A stretch of DNA of 60,997 nt, counting the filler. It is 7 parts of 7 records of this genome, joined end to end, with 100 filler letters (N's around TTAATTAATTAA, not from the genome) between each part and the next. Parts side by side here need not be neighbours in the genome. Positions count along the whole stretch, not along the records: positions 1 to 12,687 come from SRR20825010_5605; positions 12,788 to 16,031 come from SRR20825010_5616; positions 16,132 to 36,065 come from SRR20825010_5621; 4 more parts are not named here. The stretch is one strand, 5' to 3'. Made by a program: the position numbers and the translations under genes. Shown here in pieces: positions 10,768-20,639 of this stretch; position 1 is the first letter of the stretch, and every line of letters starts with the position of its first letter. The notes under the pieces were generated by a model. That model did no database searches. It was not told the origin of the DNA and saw nothing but the letters and a program-made list of their open reading frames with translations.

Positions 10768-11856
10768 TCACGCTTTTTCAAGCGCCTTGAGCACCGCATC
10801 GCCCATGCCGGATGTGCCCACGCGGGTGAAGCCTTCAGCCCAGATATCACCGGTACGAGCTTCATCAAGCGTGCGAGAGACAGCCACCTCAATCTTGTCG
10901 GCCGCTTCCCCCATATCGAGGGAGTAACGTAGCGCCATCGCAAACGAGAGGATAGCCGCAAGCGGGTTGGCAATACCCTGCCCTGCAATATCGGGGGCGG
11001 AACCGTGTACAGGTTCATAAAGCCCGGGCCCTCCTGCGCCCAGCGATGCGGACGGCAGCATACCAAGCGAACCAGTGAGCATCGCCGCAGCATCCGAGAG
11101 CAAATCACCAAACAGGTTATCCGTGAGGATCACATCAAACTGCTTGGGATTTTTCACCAGCTGCATGGCGCAGTTATCCGCGAGAATATGCTCAAGCTTT
11201 ATATCCGAATATTCAGCAGCGTGCAGTTTGGTGACTTCCTCGCGCCACAAAAGCCCGGCTTCCATCACGTTGGCTTTTTCTGCGCTATGCACTTTACCAC
11301 CACGCTTGCGCGCCATCTCAAACGCGACGCGCGAAATGCGGATAATCTCCGCATCTGTGTAACGCTGGGTATTGATACCAACACGCCCACCACCGGGCAG
11401 GTCTTCAATGCCGCGCGGCTCACCAAAATAAACACCGCCTGCAAGTTCGCGTACAAAAAGGATATCAAGCCCGGCCACATATTCACGCTTCAGGCTTGAG
11501 GCATCTGCCAGCGCATCAAAGCACATGGCTGGCCTCAAGTTCGCGAACAGGTCCAGATCTTTCCGCAGGCGCAAAAGCCCCGCTTCCGGGCGTTTGTCAT
11601 AATCGGTTTTGCTGTCCCACTTCGGGCCACCAACACACGCCAGCAGGATAGCGTCAGATGCTTTGGCGCGCGCAAGCGTCGCATCAGAAAGCGGTGTGCC
11701 CTCCGCGTCATAAGCACAACCACCAATCAGGCCTTCTTCCACATTGAAGGTCACACCATAAGCGCCTTCAACCCATGCCATCACACGGCGTACTTCTGCG
11801 GTAATCTCCGGCCCGATACCGTCACCGGGCAACAGCATAATATTATATGTGCTCAT
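10768..11856 (-). CDS. leuB: 3-isopropylmalate dehydrogenase
   Basis: [35 protein letters not shown]. Confidence 0.97.
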   Translation of the reverse strand: MSTYNIMLLPGDGIGPEITAEVRRVMAWVEGAYGVTFNVEEGLIGGCAYDAEGTPLSDATLARAKASDAILLACVGGPKWDSKTDYDKRPEAGLLRLRKDLDLFANLRPAMCFDALADASSLKREYVAGLDILFVRELAGGVYFGEPRGIEDLPGGGRVGINTQRYTDAEIIRISRVAFEMARKRGGKVHSAEKANVMEAGLLWREEVTKLHAAEYSDIKLEHILADNCAMQLVKNPKQFDVILTDNLFGDLLSDAAAMLTGSLGMLPSASLGAGGPGLYEPVHGSAPDIAGQGIANPLAAILSFAMALRYSLDMGEAADKIEVAVSRTLDEARTGDIWAEGFTRVGTSGMGDAVLKALEKA

Positions 11857-11882
11857 GAAACTTCCTCGCCTGATAGGTTATT

Positions 11883-12488
11883 TTATGCCCGGTAAAGCCA
11901 GGGCGTTTGCATCTTCTGTTTGGCTTCATAATTGCCAATGGCTGCCTTGGCGGTCAGCGTCTGGCCGATCTCGTCAAGGCCCTGCATCAGCATGTCCTTG
12001 TGCTCGGAATTGAAGTCAAATTCATAATGCGCGTTCTGGCAGGTGACCGTCTGTGCGTCCAGATCCACATGGATTTCATGGCCCGCTTCTGCGGCCATCA
12101 CCAGCGCGTCCACAGCTTCCTGTGGCAGTTCAACGGTCAGGATGCCGTTCTTGATGCAGTTGCCCGCAAAGATATCCGCAAAACTTGGGGCAATCAGACA
12201 GCGGTAGCCAAGGTCAGCAATTGCCCACGGCGCGTGCTCGCGGCTCGAACCACAACCAAAGTTATCGCCCGCGATCAGGATTTTTGCGCCCTTATAGCGC
12301 TCGCCATCAAACACATTGTCTTTGATGCGGTTGCCGTCAGCGTCAAATCGTACGCTTTCAAATGCAAACTTGCCAAAGCCGGTACGCTCGATCGACTTCA
12401 GGTGTTTTGCCGGAATAATAATATCCGTATCAATGTTCACCCGCGGGAAAGGCGTTGCGATTGAGGTGATTTTGGTGAATTTTTCCAT
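11883..12488 (-). CDS. leuD: 3-isopropylmalate dehydratase small subunit
   Basis: NIDTDIIIP, NFGCGSSREHAPWA, SFADIF. Confidence 0.97.
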   Translation of the reverse strand: MEKFTKITSIATPFPRVNIDTDIIIPAKHLKSIERTGFGKFAFESVRFDADGNRIKDNVFDGERYKGAKILIAGDNFGCGSSREHAPWAIADLGYRCLIAPSFADIFAGNCIKNGILTVELPQEAVDALVMAAEAGHEIHVDLDAQTVTCQNAHYEFDFNSEHKDMLMQGLDEIGQTLTAKAAIGNYEAKQKMQTPWLYRA

Positions 12489-12503
12489 CGTCTCTCTCCG
12501 CCC

Positions 12504-12687
12504 TTAAAATTCGCGTACGTCAACAAAGTGGCCAGCAATTGCCGCGGCGGCCGCCATTGCGGGGCTCACCAGATGCGTGCGTGCGCCCGGCCCTTGCCTG
12601 CTGACAAAGTTGCGGTTGCTGGTACTTGCCACATGCTCACCCGGCCCGGCTTTATCCGGGTTCATGGCAAGGCACATGGAACAGCCC
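12504..12687 (-). CDS. leuC: 3-isopropylmalate dehydratase large subunit, 3' end (truncated by contig edge)
   Basis: Manual translation [60 protein letters not shown]; directly upstream of leuD. Confidence 0.95.
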
Positions 12688-12787
12688 NNNNNNNNNNNNN
12701 NNNNNNNNNNNNNNNNNNNNNNNNNNNNNNNTTAATTAATTAANNNNNNNNNNNNNNNNNNNNNNNNNNNNNNNNNNNNNNNNNNNN
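12688..12787. other. Artificial contig spacer (44 N + TTAATTAATTAA + 44 N)
   Basis: Six-frame-stop linker; an identical 100-nt spacer recurs six times and genes are cut at both sides. Confidence 0.99.
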
Positions 12788-13175
12788 CGGTGCGTGCAGA
12801 TCGGGTGGCGTTCCAGATGGCACGCACGACACGGTCTATGCTGAGATCCTTGGACGTGATGCAGTCGGCAACATTGGCGCGCAGCAACCCCACCATCTCG
12901 GATGAAGACAACCCGTCCGCGATGACGATGATCGGCAGGCTGATGCCCTTGTCCAGCATGCGGAAGCGCATGCTTTTCGCAGCCTCGGCGTCACGCCCGA
13001 CATCCAGCAGAATGCAGTCGAAATGGTCCGCCTCCGCCGCCTGCACCGCTTCTTCGAGCGACGCGACACGGTGGCCCACCACGGATGTGCCGCCGACATT
13101 CAGTCGCGGCGCGATCTCGTCCAGCCGGCTTTGCCCGGACGACACTGTCAGAACCTGAAAACGACCATCGTGCAT
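12788..13175 (-). CDS. Response-regulator receiver (REC) domain protein, 5' part
   Basis: ASLEEAVQAAEADHFDCILLDVG and PIIVIAD...ADCITSKD fit a REC fold; the usual N-terminal acidic pair is absent (VLTVSS); the output domain is lost at the contig edge. Confidence 0.7.
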
Positions 13176-13277
13176 ACTGCTGCCCCTGGGCAAGAAATCC
13201 CTGCACGGCCTTCTGCCATGTCCCGTTCCGGCAAATCTGATGTAACCGGATTGCGCGCTATTAGTAGGGAGCACCGG

Positions 13278-13292
13278 TAAAGAACCCCTTAA
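13278..13292 (-). promoter_or_regulatory. Possible CtrA-type box upstream of the REC gene
   Basis: Minus strand TTAA-GGGGTTC-TTTAC, one mismatch from TTAA-N7-TTAAC, about 100 nt upstream of the start. Confidence 0.3.
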
Positions 13293-13343
13293 TCGGGGTT
13301 GTGGACGGGCAAGTGGCCAACGGCTGGGGGGCGGCCTTTCCTG

Positions 13344-14351
13344 TCAATAGGTCGTGCCCCATTTCAGGTAGCGGTATCGATCACCGGACGTGATGCTGAT
13401 GGCGGAAATGGCGCCATCGCGACCAAGGGTGAGGGGGACGGAAACGCCGGGCTCGCCCCGTTTCCAGACCTTTCGGTACAGGTCAGCCATGGACCGGACA
13501 GGTTCACCATCAACCTCCAGAACCACGTCGCCGGGGCGCAGACCGGCCAAGGCCGCTGGTCCATCTGCGGCGACATATGTGACAACCACATACCCCCTAT
13601 GATCATTGGTGAAGACACCCAGCCAGGGCCGTTCGGACGCACGCCCCTTTCCGTGCGCCAGCATGTCCCCCAGCGCGGCCTTCAGGGCGTCGACCGGGAC
13701 AAACATGTTGCCGGGGTCGCGGGTCGGTCGGCGGCGGGCATCGCGCACGAACAGCGACCCGATGCCAATCAGCCGCCAGTCCGGCCCGAACAGCGCCGAA
13801 CCCTGCCATTCCGCCACCGCGGGTACGGTGAACAGCGCATCTTCAAGCAGGTATTCCCAATAGCCGCTGAAATCACGCACCGCCGCAACCGCGACCGGCC
13901 AGGCCCCGGACTGGCCGCGAAAACTGGCGATCAGCGCAGGTGTATCGAGGCTGAGAGCGCGCGACTCACCCAACCTGACGGCGGGCCGGTTCAGCGGCCC
14001 CTGCGCGCGCAACAGCCCCAGACCCGTTGCATGATCATAGGCCACGATCTCCGCGGGGACGCGGCGCCCGTCCATGTCCGTGACCGTTGCGGCCACAGCT
14101 TCCAGAATCAGATACCCGATGGTCACCACCAGACCGGAATCATCGATCACGACGCCGGTGCCATGTCGGGCGACACCCAGCGCCTGGGCGGTTCGGCCAT
14201 CGGGCGCGATCTCCGCATCCACACGCACAAGACTGTCCAGCGCACGCAGGAACGGCGTATCGTCTGCCTGGACGGGAGAGCCGAGCATGATCAGGCAGAC
14301 AACCAACGGGCGGAACCAATGAAACACAGGCCGACAGATCAATGGACGCAT
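13344..14351 (-). CDS. Exported S1C/HtrA-like trypsin-fold + PDZ protein with degenerate catalytic triad
   Basis: Signal peptide ending VQA-DD, GTGVVIDDSGLVVT, C-terminal PDZ (PWLGV...GPAALAGLRPGDVVLEVDG). Confidence 0.8.
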   Translation of the reverse strand: MRPLICRPVFHWFRPLVVCLIMLGSPVQADDTPFLRALDSLVRVDAEIAPDGRTAQALGVARHGTGVVIDDSGLVVTIGYLILEAVAATVTDMDGRRVPAEIVAYDHATGLGLLRAQGPLNRPAVRLGESRALSLDTPALIASFRGQSGAWPVAVAAVRDFSGYWEYLLEDALFTVPAVAEWQGSALFGPDWRLIGIGSLFVRDARRRPTRDPGNMFVPVDALKAALGDMLAHGKGRASERPWLGVFTNDHRGYVVVTYVAADGPAALAGLRPGDVVLEVDGEPVRSMADLYRKVWKRGEPGVSVPLTLGRDGAISAISITSGDRYRYLKWGTTY

Positions 14352-14431
14352 GTTCGTACCCCTTTGACGTATCAGCCTAGCGCCTGGCGTCCGACGCAGC
14401 CAGCATTGGCCGATCAAATGAAAGCGACACG

Positions 14432-15556
14432 ATGAGCACTCAACCACCCCCCGCCCGTATAGGCGACACCATCGATGACGTGGACACACCTGCCCTGCTG
14501 GTCGATCTGGACGCGTTCGAACGCAATCTGGACCGGATGCAGGCAATGGCAGCAACAGCCGGCATTGACCTGCGTCCCCACGCCAAGACCCATAAGTCCG
14601 TCGATGTCGCGCAGGCACAGATGGCCCGCGGTGCCATCGGTCAATGTTGCCAGAAGGTTTCGGAGGCCGAGGTCCTGGTGCATGGCGGCATCGACAATGT
14701 TCTGGTCAGCAACCAGATCGTCGGCGCGGCCAAGTTGTCACGCCTTGCCCGGTTGGCGCGTCGGGCAACGGTCGGCGTCTGCGTCGACGACGCAGGCAAC
14801 ATTGCCGACCTGTCACACCATGCGACGGCCGCAGGGGTGCAGTTGCAGACATACCTGGAAATCGACGTCGGCATGGGCCGGTGCGGTGTTCCGGCGGACG
14901 CACATGCCGTGGCCCTGTGCCGGCAGATCGCGGATGCACCCGGCCTCGCCTTCGCCGGTATCCAGGCCTATCACGGCAGGGCGCAACATATCCGTGGCGC
15001 GGGGGAACGTGCAGGTGCCATCCGCCATGCGGCGGGGGTCGTGCGGACCATGCTGGATCTGCTGGCGGCGGCAGACATCGCCTGCCCGACGGTGACGGGC
15101 GCAGGCACGGGCACCGCCCCGTTCGAGGCGAAATCCGGCCTGTGGACAGAGTTGCAGGCCGGTTCCTACGCCTTCATGGATGCCGACTATGCCCGCAATC
15201 TGGGACCGGATGGCGCCCCGGACACACGGTTCGAACACAGCCTGTTCCTGCTGGCGACGGTCATGAGCGTTGCCCGCAAGGGCACCGCGATCTGCGATGT
15301 CGGGTTGAAATCCACCAGCTTCGAAAGCGGTCTGCCGCTGGTGGCCGACCTGTCGGGCGTGACCTACGCAGGGCCATCGGACGAACATGGCACGCTGGCC
15401 CTGGATGCGGGTTGTTCCGTGGCCCTGGGGCAGAAGTTGCGGCTGATCCCCGGCCATTGCGACCCGACCATCAACCTGCATGACTGGTACGTCGGATGCC
15501 GCGACGGGATTGTGGAACGTATCTGGCCCGTGTCCGCGCGCGGTGCATTCTTCTGA
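14432..15556 (+). CDS. DSD1 family PLP enzyme (D-threonine aldolase-like, alanine-racemase fold)
   Basis: TPALLVDLD, RPHAKTHK (PLP Lys), CCQKVSEAE, GTGT, ELQAGSYAFMD, SDEHG, PGHCDPT (metal His/Asp). Confidence 0.9.
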   Translation: MSTQPPPARIGDTIDDVDTPALLVDLDAFERNLDRMQAMAATAGIDLRPHAKTHKSVDVAQAQMARGAIGQCCQKVSEAEVLVHGGIDNVLVSNQIVGAAKLSRLARLARRATVGVCVDDAGNIADLSHHATAAGVQLQTYLEIDVGMGRCGVPADAHAVALCRQIADAPGLAFAGIQAYHGRAQHIRGAGERAGAIRHAAGVVRTMLDLLAAADIACPTVTGAGTGTAPFEAKSGLWTELQAGSYAFMDADYARNLGPDGAPDTRFEHSLFLLATVMSVARKGTAICDVGLKSTSFESGLPLVADLSGVTYAGPSDEHGTLALDAGCSVALGQKLRLIPGHCDPTINLHDWYVGCRDGIVERIWPVSARGAFF

Positions 15557-15569
15557 AGGAGGCCCCATC

Positions 15570-16031
15570 GTGGCCCAAGAACCTGCCATCCTGACCGTTG
15601 CGCCCAACGGCGCGCGCCGCACCACCGGGGACCATGGCGCCCTGCCCGTGGTCCCGTCGACGATCGCCGAGACCGCACGCGCCTGTCGCGATGCCGGGGC
15701 CGCGATGATCCATCTGCATGTGCGGGATTCGGGGCAGCGCCACAGTCTCGACCCCGGCCTTTATCGCCAGGCAACCGCCGCCATCCGTGAAGCGGTCGGC
15801 GATGATCTGATCGTGCAGGCAACCAGCGAGGCGGCGGGCCTCTATCAGGCCCCGGCACAGCTTGCCGCCATGCGGGAACTGGCACCGGAGGCCGTGTCCA
15901 TGGGTCTGCGGGAATTCGTGCCTGATGACACGGATGGGGAAGCCGTCGATGCCTTCGCCGCGTTCCTGGCCTTTGCCGAGACGCAGCAGATGCTGGTGCA
16001 ACACATCCTGTATGATGACACGGACGTCGCG
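15570..16031 (+). CDS. Beta-keto acid cleavage enzyme (BKACE/DUF849, Kce family), 3' truncated
   Basis: GTG start after an AAGGAGG RBS; ILTVAPNGA, AGAAMIHLHVRD zinc motif, PEAVS. Confidence 0.88.
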
Positions 16032-16131
16032 NNNNNNNNNNNNNNNNNNNNNNNNNNNNNNNNNNNNNNNNNNNNTTAATTAATTAANNNNNNNNNNNNN
16101 NNNNNNNNNNNNNNNNNNNNNNNNNNNNNNN
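16032..16131. other. Artificial contig spacer
   Basis: 44 N + TTAATTAATTAA + 44 N. Confidence 0.99.
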
Positions 16132-17361
16132 ATCATGGCCGCGACCACCGGCATCATCGGCGCCTCCGTCGTCATGATGACGCTGATGGCGCTGCCGACG
16201 ATGATCTCGCAGAAATATGACCGGTCGCTCGCCACCGGTACGCTCGCGGCCAGTGCCACACTTGGCATTCTGATTCCGCCGTCGATCATGCTGGTGTTGA
16301 TGGGCAGCCTGCTCGCGGTCTCGGTCGGCAACCTTTTCATCGGCGCCATCTTCCCGGGCCTCGTACTGTCCGGCCTCTATGTCGCCTACATCGTGACCAT
16401 GGGCATCATCTCTCCGGAGAAAGCCCCCGCGATCGCCGACGATGCCATTCAGATGGAGCCGAGCAACAAGGCGAATATCGCCAAATTCTTCGGCTTCAGT
16501 GTTGTCGCAATCGGCTTCTGCTACGTCATGGAACAGAGCCATCTCGCGGACATCTTCAACTGGGGCCTGATCGGTTTCCTGATGGTCTTCGGTATCTCGA
16601 TGATCATCGGCCGGATGGAGGGCGACAGCTATCTTGGCGGTGTCCTGAAAGGTTTCGTGCCCCCGATCTTCCTGATCACCCTGGTGCTTGGCTCCATCTT
16701 CGCCGGCTGGGCCACGCCGACCGAGGCGGCGGGTGTCGGTGCGTTCGGCTCACTGATCCTTGCCGTTTCGAACGGGACACTGACCCGGGACGTGCTCCGG
16801 GACGTGGTGCACCGCACCGGTCTCACGACGGCGATGATCTTCCTGATCTTCGTCGGCGCCACGGCCTTCTCGACGATCTTCCGGAACGTCTATGGCGAAG
16901 ACCTGATCATCGAGTTCATCGAGTGGCTTCAGCTTGGCCCCTGGCCGCTGCTGTTCATGCTGATGTTTGTGGTCTTTATTCTCGGCTTCTTCTTCGACTG
17001 GCTGGAAATCACCCTGATCATCCTCCCGGTCTTTGCGCCGGTGATCCAGACCATGGCCCCGGCCTTCGCGCCCCATCTCGGGCTGGAAGCACCGACCAAC
17101 AACGCACAGCTCGAATTCGTGCAACAGCAGGTAATCTACTGGTTCGCGATCATTGTAGCGATCAATCTGCAGACATCGTTCCTGACACCACCCTTCGGTT
17201 TCGCGCTCTTCTATATGAAGGGTGTGGCCAAGGAGATGGTCTCGATGCAGCAGATCTACAAAGGCATCATCCCCTTCGTCATCCTGCAGCTGATCGGTCT
17301 CTCCATTGTGGTTGCCTGGCCGGAAATCACACTCTGGCTGCCCAGCGTGTTGCTGGATTAA
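16132..17361 (+). CDS. dctM: TRAP transporter large permease (DctM family), 5' truncated
   Basis: ATLGILIPPSIMLV, ATPTEAAGVGA, NLQTSFLTPPFGFALFY; many TM helices. Confidence 0.92.
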   Translation: MMAATTGIIGASVVMMTLMALPTMISQKYDRSLATGTLAASATLGILIPPSIMLVLMGSLLAVSVGNLFIGAIFPGLVLSGLYVAYIVTMGIISPEKAPAIADDAIQMEPSNKANIAKFFGFSVVAIGFCYVMEQSHLADIFNWGLIGFLMVFGISMIIGRMEGDSYLGGVLKGFVPPIFLITLVLGSIFAGWATPTEAAGVGAFGSLILAVSNGTLTRDVLRDVVHRTGLTTAMIFLIFVGATAFSTIFRNVYGEDLIIEFIEWLQLGPWPLLFMLMFVVFILGFFFDWLEITLIILPVFAPVIQTMAPAFAPHLGLEAPTNNAQLEFVQQQVIYWFAIIVAINLQTSFLTPPFGFALFYMKGVAKEMVSMQQIYKGIIPFVILQLIGLSIVVAWPEITLWLPSVLLD

Positions 17362-17383
17362 CCCCAGCCTGCAACGAGATAAG

Positions 17384-17411
17384 AAAGCGCCCGGCATTGC
17401 CGGGCGCTTTT
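17384..17411. terminator. Bidirectional intrinsic terminator between convergent dctM and CoA-transferase genes
   Basis: AAAGCGCCCGGCA-T-TGCCGGGCGCTTTT perfect inverted repeat with A/T tails. Confidence 0.85.
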
Positions 17412-17436
17412 GCATTGAGGTTCATTGAGGGCGATT

Positions 17437-18564
17437 TCAGCTCTCTGAAAACTCAGCCCGGATCGCATCGCCATGCTGACCAAGTGACGGCACCGGCCCG
17501 AAGGACATATCCGCCCCGACGAACTGTGCCGGGGGCGCCACCACATCGATGGTGCCAACCGGGGTTTCAACCGGCACCTGCCGCAATGCCGGATGCTCCA
17601 GCACGTCGGCAACGCTGTTGATGGCCCCGAAGGCGATGCCCGCCGCCGTCAGTTTCTCCTTCACCTGATCACGGGTCAGCCTGCCGAAGACGCCGTTGAT
17701 CGCATCGTTCATCGCCCCGCGATTGGCCACCCGGTCGGTGTTCGTGCGGAACCGCTCGTCATCCGCGATCCCTTCATCCCCGAGCGCGTCCTTACAGAAG
17801 CGGCGCCACTCCCGGTCGTTCTGCACGGCGATCAGAATCATGTCCCCGCCGGCACAGACATAGGCACCGTAAGGCGCGATGGCCGGATGGCTGAGACCGA
17901 TCCGCTGTTCCTTCAGCACGCCATAGGCCTGATGCAGCAACCAGGGCGACATCCATTCGGTCATGCCGCCAAAGAGCGACAACTTGATCTGGCTGCCCTC
18001 ACCCGTCCGCTCCCGCAGCAGCAACGCCTCAAGCACGGCCGTCCGGGCGAACATGCCGCAGGCGATATCGCAGATCGAAACACCGACCCGGCCCATCTCC
18101 TCTTTCGAGCCGGTGACCGAAATCAACCCGCTCTCCGCCTGGACCAGAAAGTCATAGGCCTTCATGGCGGCATAGGGACCTTCGTCCCCATAGCCGCTGA
18201 TATCCACCGTGGTCAGCCGGGGGTAGCGTTTGCGGAGATCGTCGGAGCCGAGACCAAGACGGTCCGTCGCGCCCGGCGCCAGGTTCTGCAGGAAAACGTC
18301 GGCCTTGCTCATGATCCTGTGCAGCAGAGCCAGATCGTCCGGATTTTTCAGATCCGCGACCAGACTTTCCTTGCCCCGGTTGAGCCACATGAAAAAGGCG
18401 CTCTCGCCCTTTATCTCATGGTCATAGCCGCGTGCGAAGTCTCCCTCGGCGCGTTCGATCTTGATCACGCGGGCACCGGCATCGGCCAGGCGGGAGGCGC
18501 AATAGGGCGCCGCCACCGCCTGATCGATGGAAAGCACCAGCATGCCGTCGAGCGGCTTTGTCAT
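17437..18564 (-). CDS. CaiB/BaiF family (class III) CoA-transferase
   Basis: PLDGMLVL, AAPYCASRLADAGARVIKIE, NRGKES, AYDFLVQAESG, SICDIACG (catalytic Asp). Confidence 0.93.
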   Translation of the reverse strand: MTKPLDGMLVLSIDQAVAAPYCASRLADAGARVIKIERAEGDFARGYDHEIKGESAFFMWLNRGKESLVADLKNPDDLALLHRIMSKADVFLQNLAPGATDRLGLGSDDLRKRYPRLTTVDISGYGDEGPYAAMKAYDFLVQAESGLISVTGSKEEMGRVGVSICDIACGMFARTAVLEALLLRERTGEGSQIKLSLFGGMTEWMSPWLLHQAYGVLKEQRIGLSHPAIAPYGAYVCAGGDMILIAVQNDREWRRFCKDALGDEGIADDERFRTNTDRVANRGAMNDAINGVFGRLTRDQVKEKLTAAGIAFGAINSVADVLEHPALRQVPVETPVGTIDVVAPPAQFVGADMSFGPVPSLGQHGDAIRAEFSES

Positions 18565-18579
18565 GACATCCTCCCCCGC

Positions 18580-19743
18580 TCAGTAGGAACGCGGCAGGCC
18601 AAGCACATGCTCGGCGAGGAAGGACAGGATCATGTTGGTAGAGATCGGCGCCGTGCGGTACAGCCGGGCCTCGCGGAACTTGCGCTCCACATCATATTCC
18701 TCGGCAAACCCGAAACCGCCATGGGTTTGCAGGCAGGTATCCGCAGCGTCCCAGGCAGCTTCCGCCGTCAGCAGCTTCGCCATGTTGGACTCGGGGCCAC
18801 ACGGCTCACCGGCCTCGAACAGCTTGGCCGCCTTCTCCGCCATCAGGGCCGCAGCCTCGGTCGCGGCAAAGGCTTTCGCGATCGGGAACTGCACGCCCTG
18901 GTTCTGCCCGATCGGGCGGCCGAACACTTTCCGGTCATTGGCGTAATTCGTCGCCTTCTCGATGAACCAGCGGGCATCGCCGATGCTCTCATGCGAGATC
19001 AGGATGCGCTCGGCGTTCATGCCATCGAGGATATAACGGAAGCCCTTTCCCTCCTCACCGATCAGATTCTCGGCGGGCACTTCGAGATTGTCGAAGAAGA
19101 CTTCCGTCGTCGCATGATTGACCATCGCGCGGATTGGCTGGATTTCCAGCCCGTTACCCTTCGCCTCGCGCATATCGACGATGAAGACGGACAGGCCGTC
19201 TGTACGTTTCTTCACCTCATCCTTCGGCGTGGTCCGGGCAAGCAGCAGCATCAGGTCGGAATGCTCTGCGCGCGAGGTCCAGACCTTCTGGCCATTCACG
19301 ACATATTTGTCGTTACCCTTTTTCACCGCCGTGGTGGAGAGGGAAAGCGTATCGGTGCCGCTGGTCGGCTCCGTCACCCCGAAAGCCTGCAGGCGCAGCT
19401 CCCCGCTGGCGATCTTCGGCAGATATTTCTTCTTCTGCTCCTCGTTCCCGTGCCGGAGCAGGCTGCCCATGATGTACATCTGGGCATGACAGGCGCCGCC
19501 ATTACAGCCGGATTTGTGGATTTCCTCGAGGATCGCCGCAGCCGCGCTGATGGACAGCCCGCTGCCACCATATTCTTCCGGGATAAGAACGGCGAGGTAA
19601 CCGGACTCGGTCAGTGCCTGGACGAATTCCGTTGGATAGGCGCGCTCCCGGTCCTTCTCCCGCCAGTATTCCCCCGGAAAATCCGCGCAGAGCGCCTGAA
19701 CGGCACGCCTGATCTCGGCGATAACATCGCTGTCCGTACTCAT
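18580..19743 (-). CDS. Acyl-CoA dehydrogenase
   Basis: IPEEYGGSG, VTEPTSGTD, NGQKVWTS, R.VFGRPIGQNQGVQF, QTHGGFGFAEEY. Confidence 0.95.
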   Translation of the reverse strand: MSTDSDVIAEIRRAVQALCADFPGEYWREKDRERAYPTEFVQALTESGYLAVLIPEEYGGSGLSISAAAAILEEIHKSGCNGGACHAQMYIMGSLLRHGNEEQKKKYLPKIASGELRLQAFGVTEPTSGTDTLSLSTTAVKKGNDKYVVNGQKVWTSRAEHSDLMLLLARTTPKDEVKKRTDGLSVFIVDMREAKGNGLEIQPIRAMVNHATTEVFFDNLEVPAENLIGEEGKGFRYILDGMNAERILISHESIGDARWFIEKATNYANDRKVFGRPIGQNQGVQFPIAKAFAATEAAALMAEKAAKLFEAGEPCGPESNMAKLLTAEAAWDAADTCLQTHGGFGFAEEYDVERKFREARLYRTAPISTNMILSFLAEHVLGLPRSY

Positions 19744-19785
19744 ATTTCCTCCCGTTGCAGCTCGTACACGGCCGCAATCTGGTTT

Positions 19786-20631
19786 TCAGTCTGGTTTCAG
19801 TTTGAAGATAGCAAGCCGGACAGCAATCCGGCCCTCCTTCAAATTGCGATAGATGTGTTTCTGCTTCTGGACGAAGGACTCGCCCATGATGACCGGCGCA
19901 CCTGTCGGCGGCTCCGGCTCGCCCTTTTCCACGCGCAACTGACGTGCCGCACGTTGATCGTCGAGATAGGTCTCGACCAGGGCTGACTGATCTTCCGACC
20001 GTTCGGTTATCAGACCAGCGGCATTCACCGCCTCCTCAACCGCATCGGCCGTGATCAGATGGCTGTGTTCAGGAAGAGTGGCCCAAGGGACGGGCATATG
20101 GATCGGCTCTCCCGATCCGGCAACCACGTCATAAAGCCCGAACCTGCCGCCCGGCTTCAGAACCCGGGCGATTTCGCGATAGAGCCCCGCCTTGTCGGCG
20201 ATGTTCATCGCCACATGCAGGGTAAAAATTACATCGAAACTGTTGTCGGGGAACGGCATGGCGAGTGCGTCGCCCTGCTCGATCCGGATCATCTCCAGCC
20301 CGACCAGCGCATTGAGCTGCCGGGCGCTGTCACAAAACGCCTCGGTCAGATCGATACCGGTGACGTCCGCGCTATAACGGCTCGCGGCCATACGGGCCGG
20401 GCCACCAAGACCGCAACCGACATCCAGCACCTTGTCCCCGGCCTTGATATCGAGACTGTCGAGAAATTCCCGCGCCGCCGTCCGGCCGCGCAGATGCATC
20501 TGATCGACGGAATGCAGATCCGCTTCGGTAATCCGGTCCCGGCTGAGACCGGAGGCTTCAAGAATTGCGATCAACCGGTCCGCCAGCCCATCCGAGCTGT
20601 AATGCGAGGTGACGTCCGGCAGATCCGCCAT
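19786..20631 (-). CDS. Class I SAM-dependent methyltransferase (small-molecule type)
   Basis: VLDVGCGLGG motif I, VTGIDLT, GDALAMPFPDNSFD, RVLKPGG; ATG 8 nt after the dgcA stop. Confidence 0.9.
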   Translation of the reverse strand: MADLPDVTSHYSSDGLADRLIAILEASGLSRDRITEADLHSVDQMHLRGRTAAREFLDSLDIKAGDKVLDVGCGLGGPARMAASRYSADVTGIDLTEAFCDSARQLNALVGLEMIRIEQGDALAMPFPDNSFDVIFTLHVAMNIADKAGLYREIARVLKPGGRFGLYDVVAGSGEPIHMPVPWATLPEHSHLITADAVEEAVNAAGLITERSEDQSALVETYLDDQRAARQLRVEKGEPEPPTGAPVIMGESFVQKQKHIYRNLKEGRIAVRLAIFKLKPD

Positions 20632-20639
20632 GAGACGCT

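Noticed and set aside
12591-12620. LeuC motif reads NRNFVSRQG rather than NRNF(E/V)GRQG
   Set aside because: A single-base difference within 100 nt of a contig end; it cannot be told apart from a sequencing error.
14432-15556. Call as bhcC of the beta-hydroxyaspartate cycle
   Set aside because: No bhcA, bhcB or bhcD neighbours are visible, and the HAKTHK motif is closer to general D-threonine-aldolase-like proteins.
17593-19986. 797-aa plus-strand ORF
   Set aside because: Antisense shadow of the CoA-transferase and acyl-CoA dehydrogenase genes in high-GC DNA; no motifs.
19786-20631. Specific call of the methyltransferase as a betaine or DMSP synthesis enzyme
   Set aside because: Only generic class I SAM motifs are recognisable; the substrate cannot be assigned by eye.
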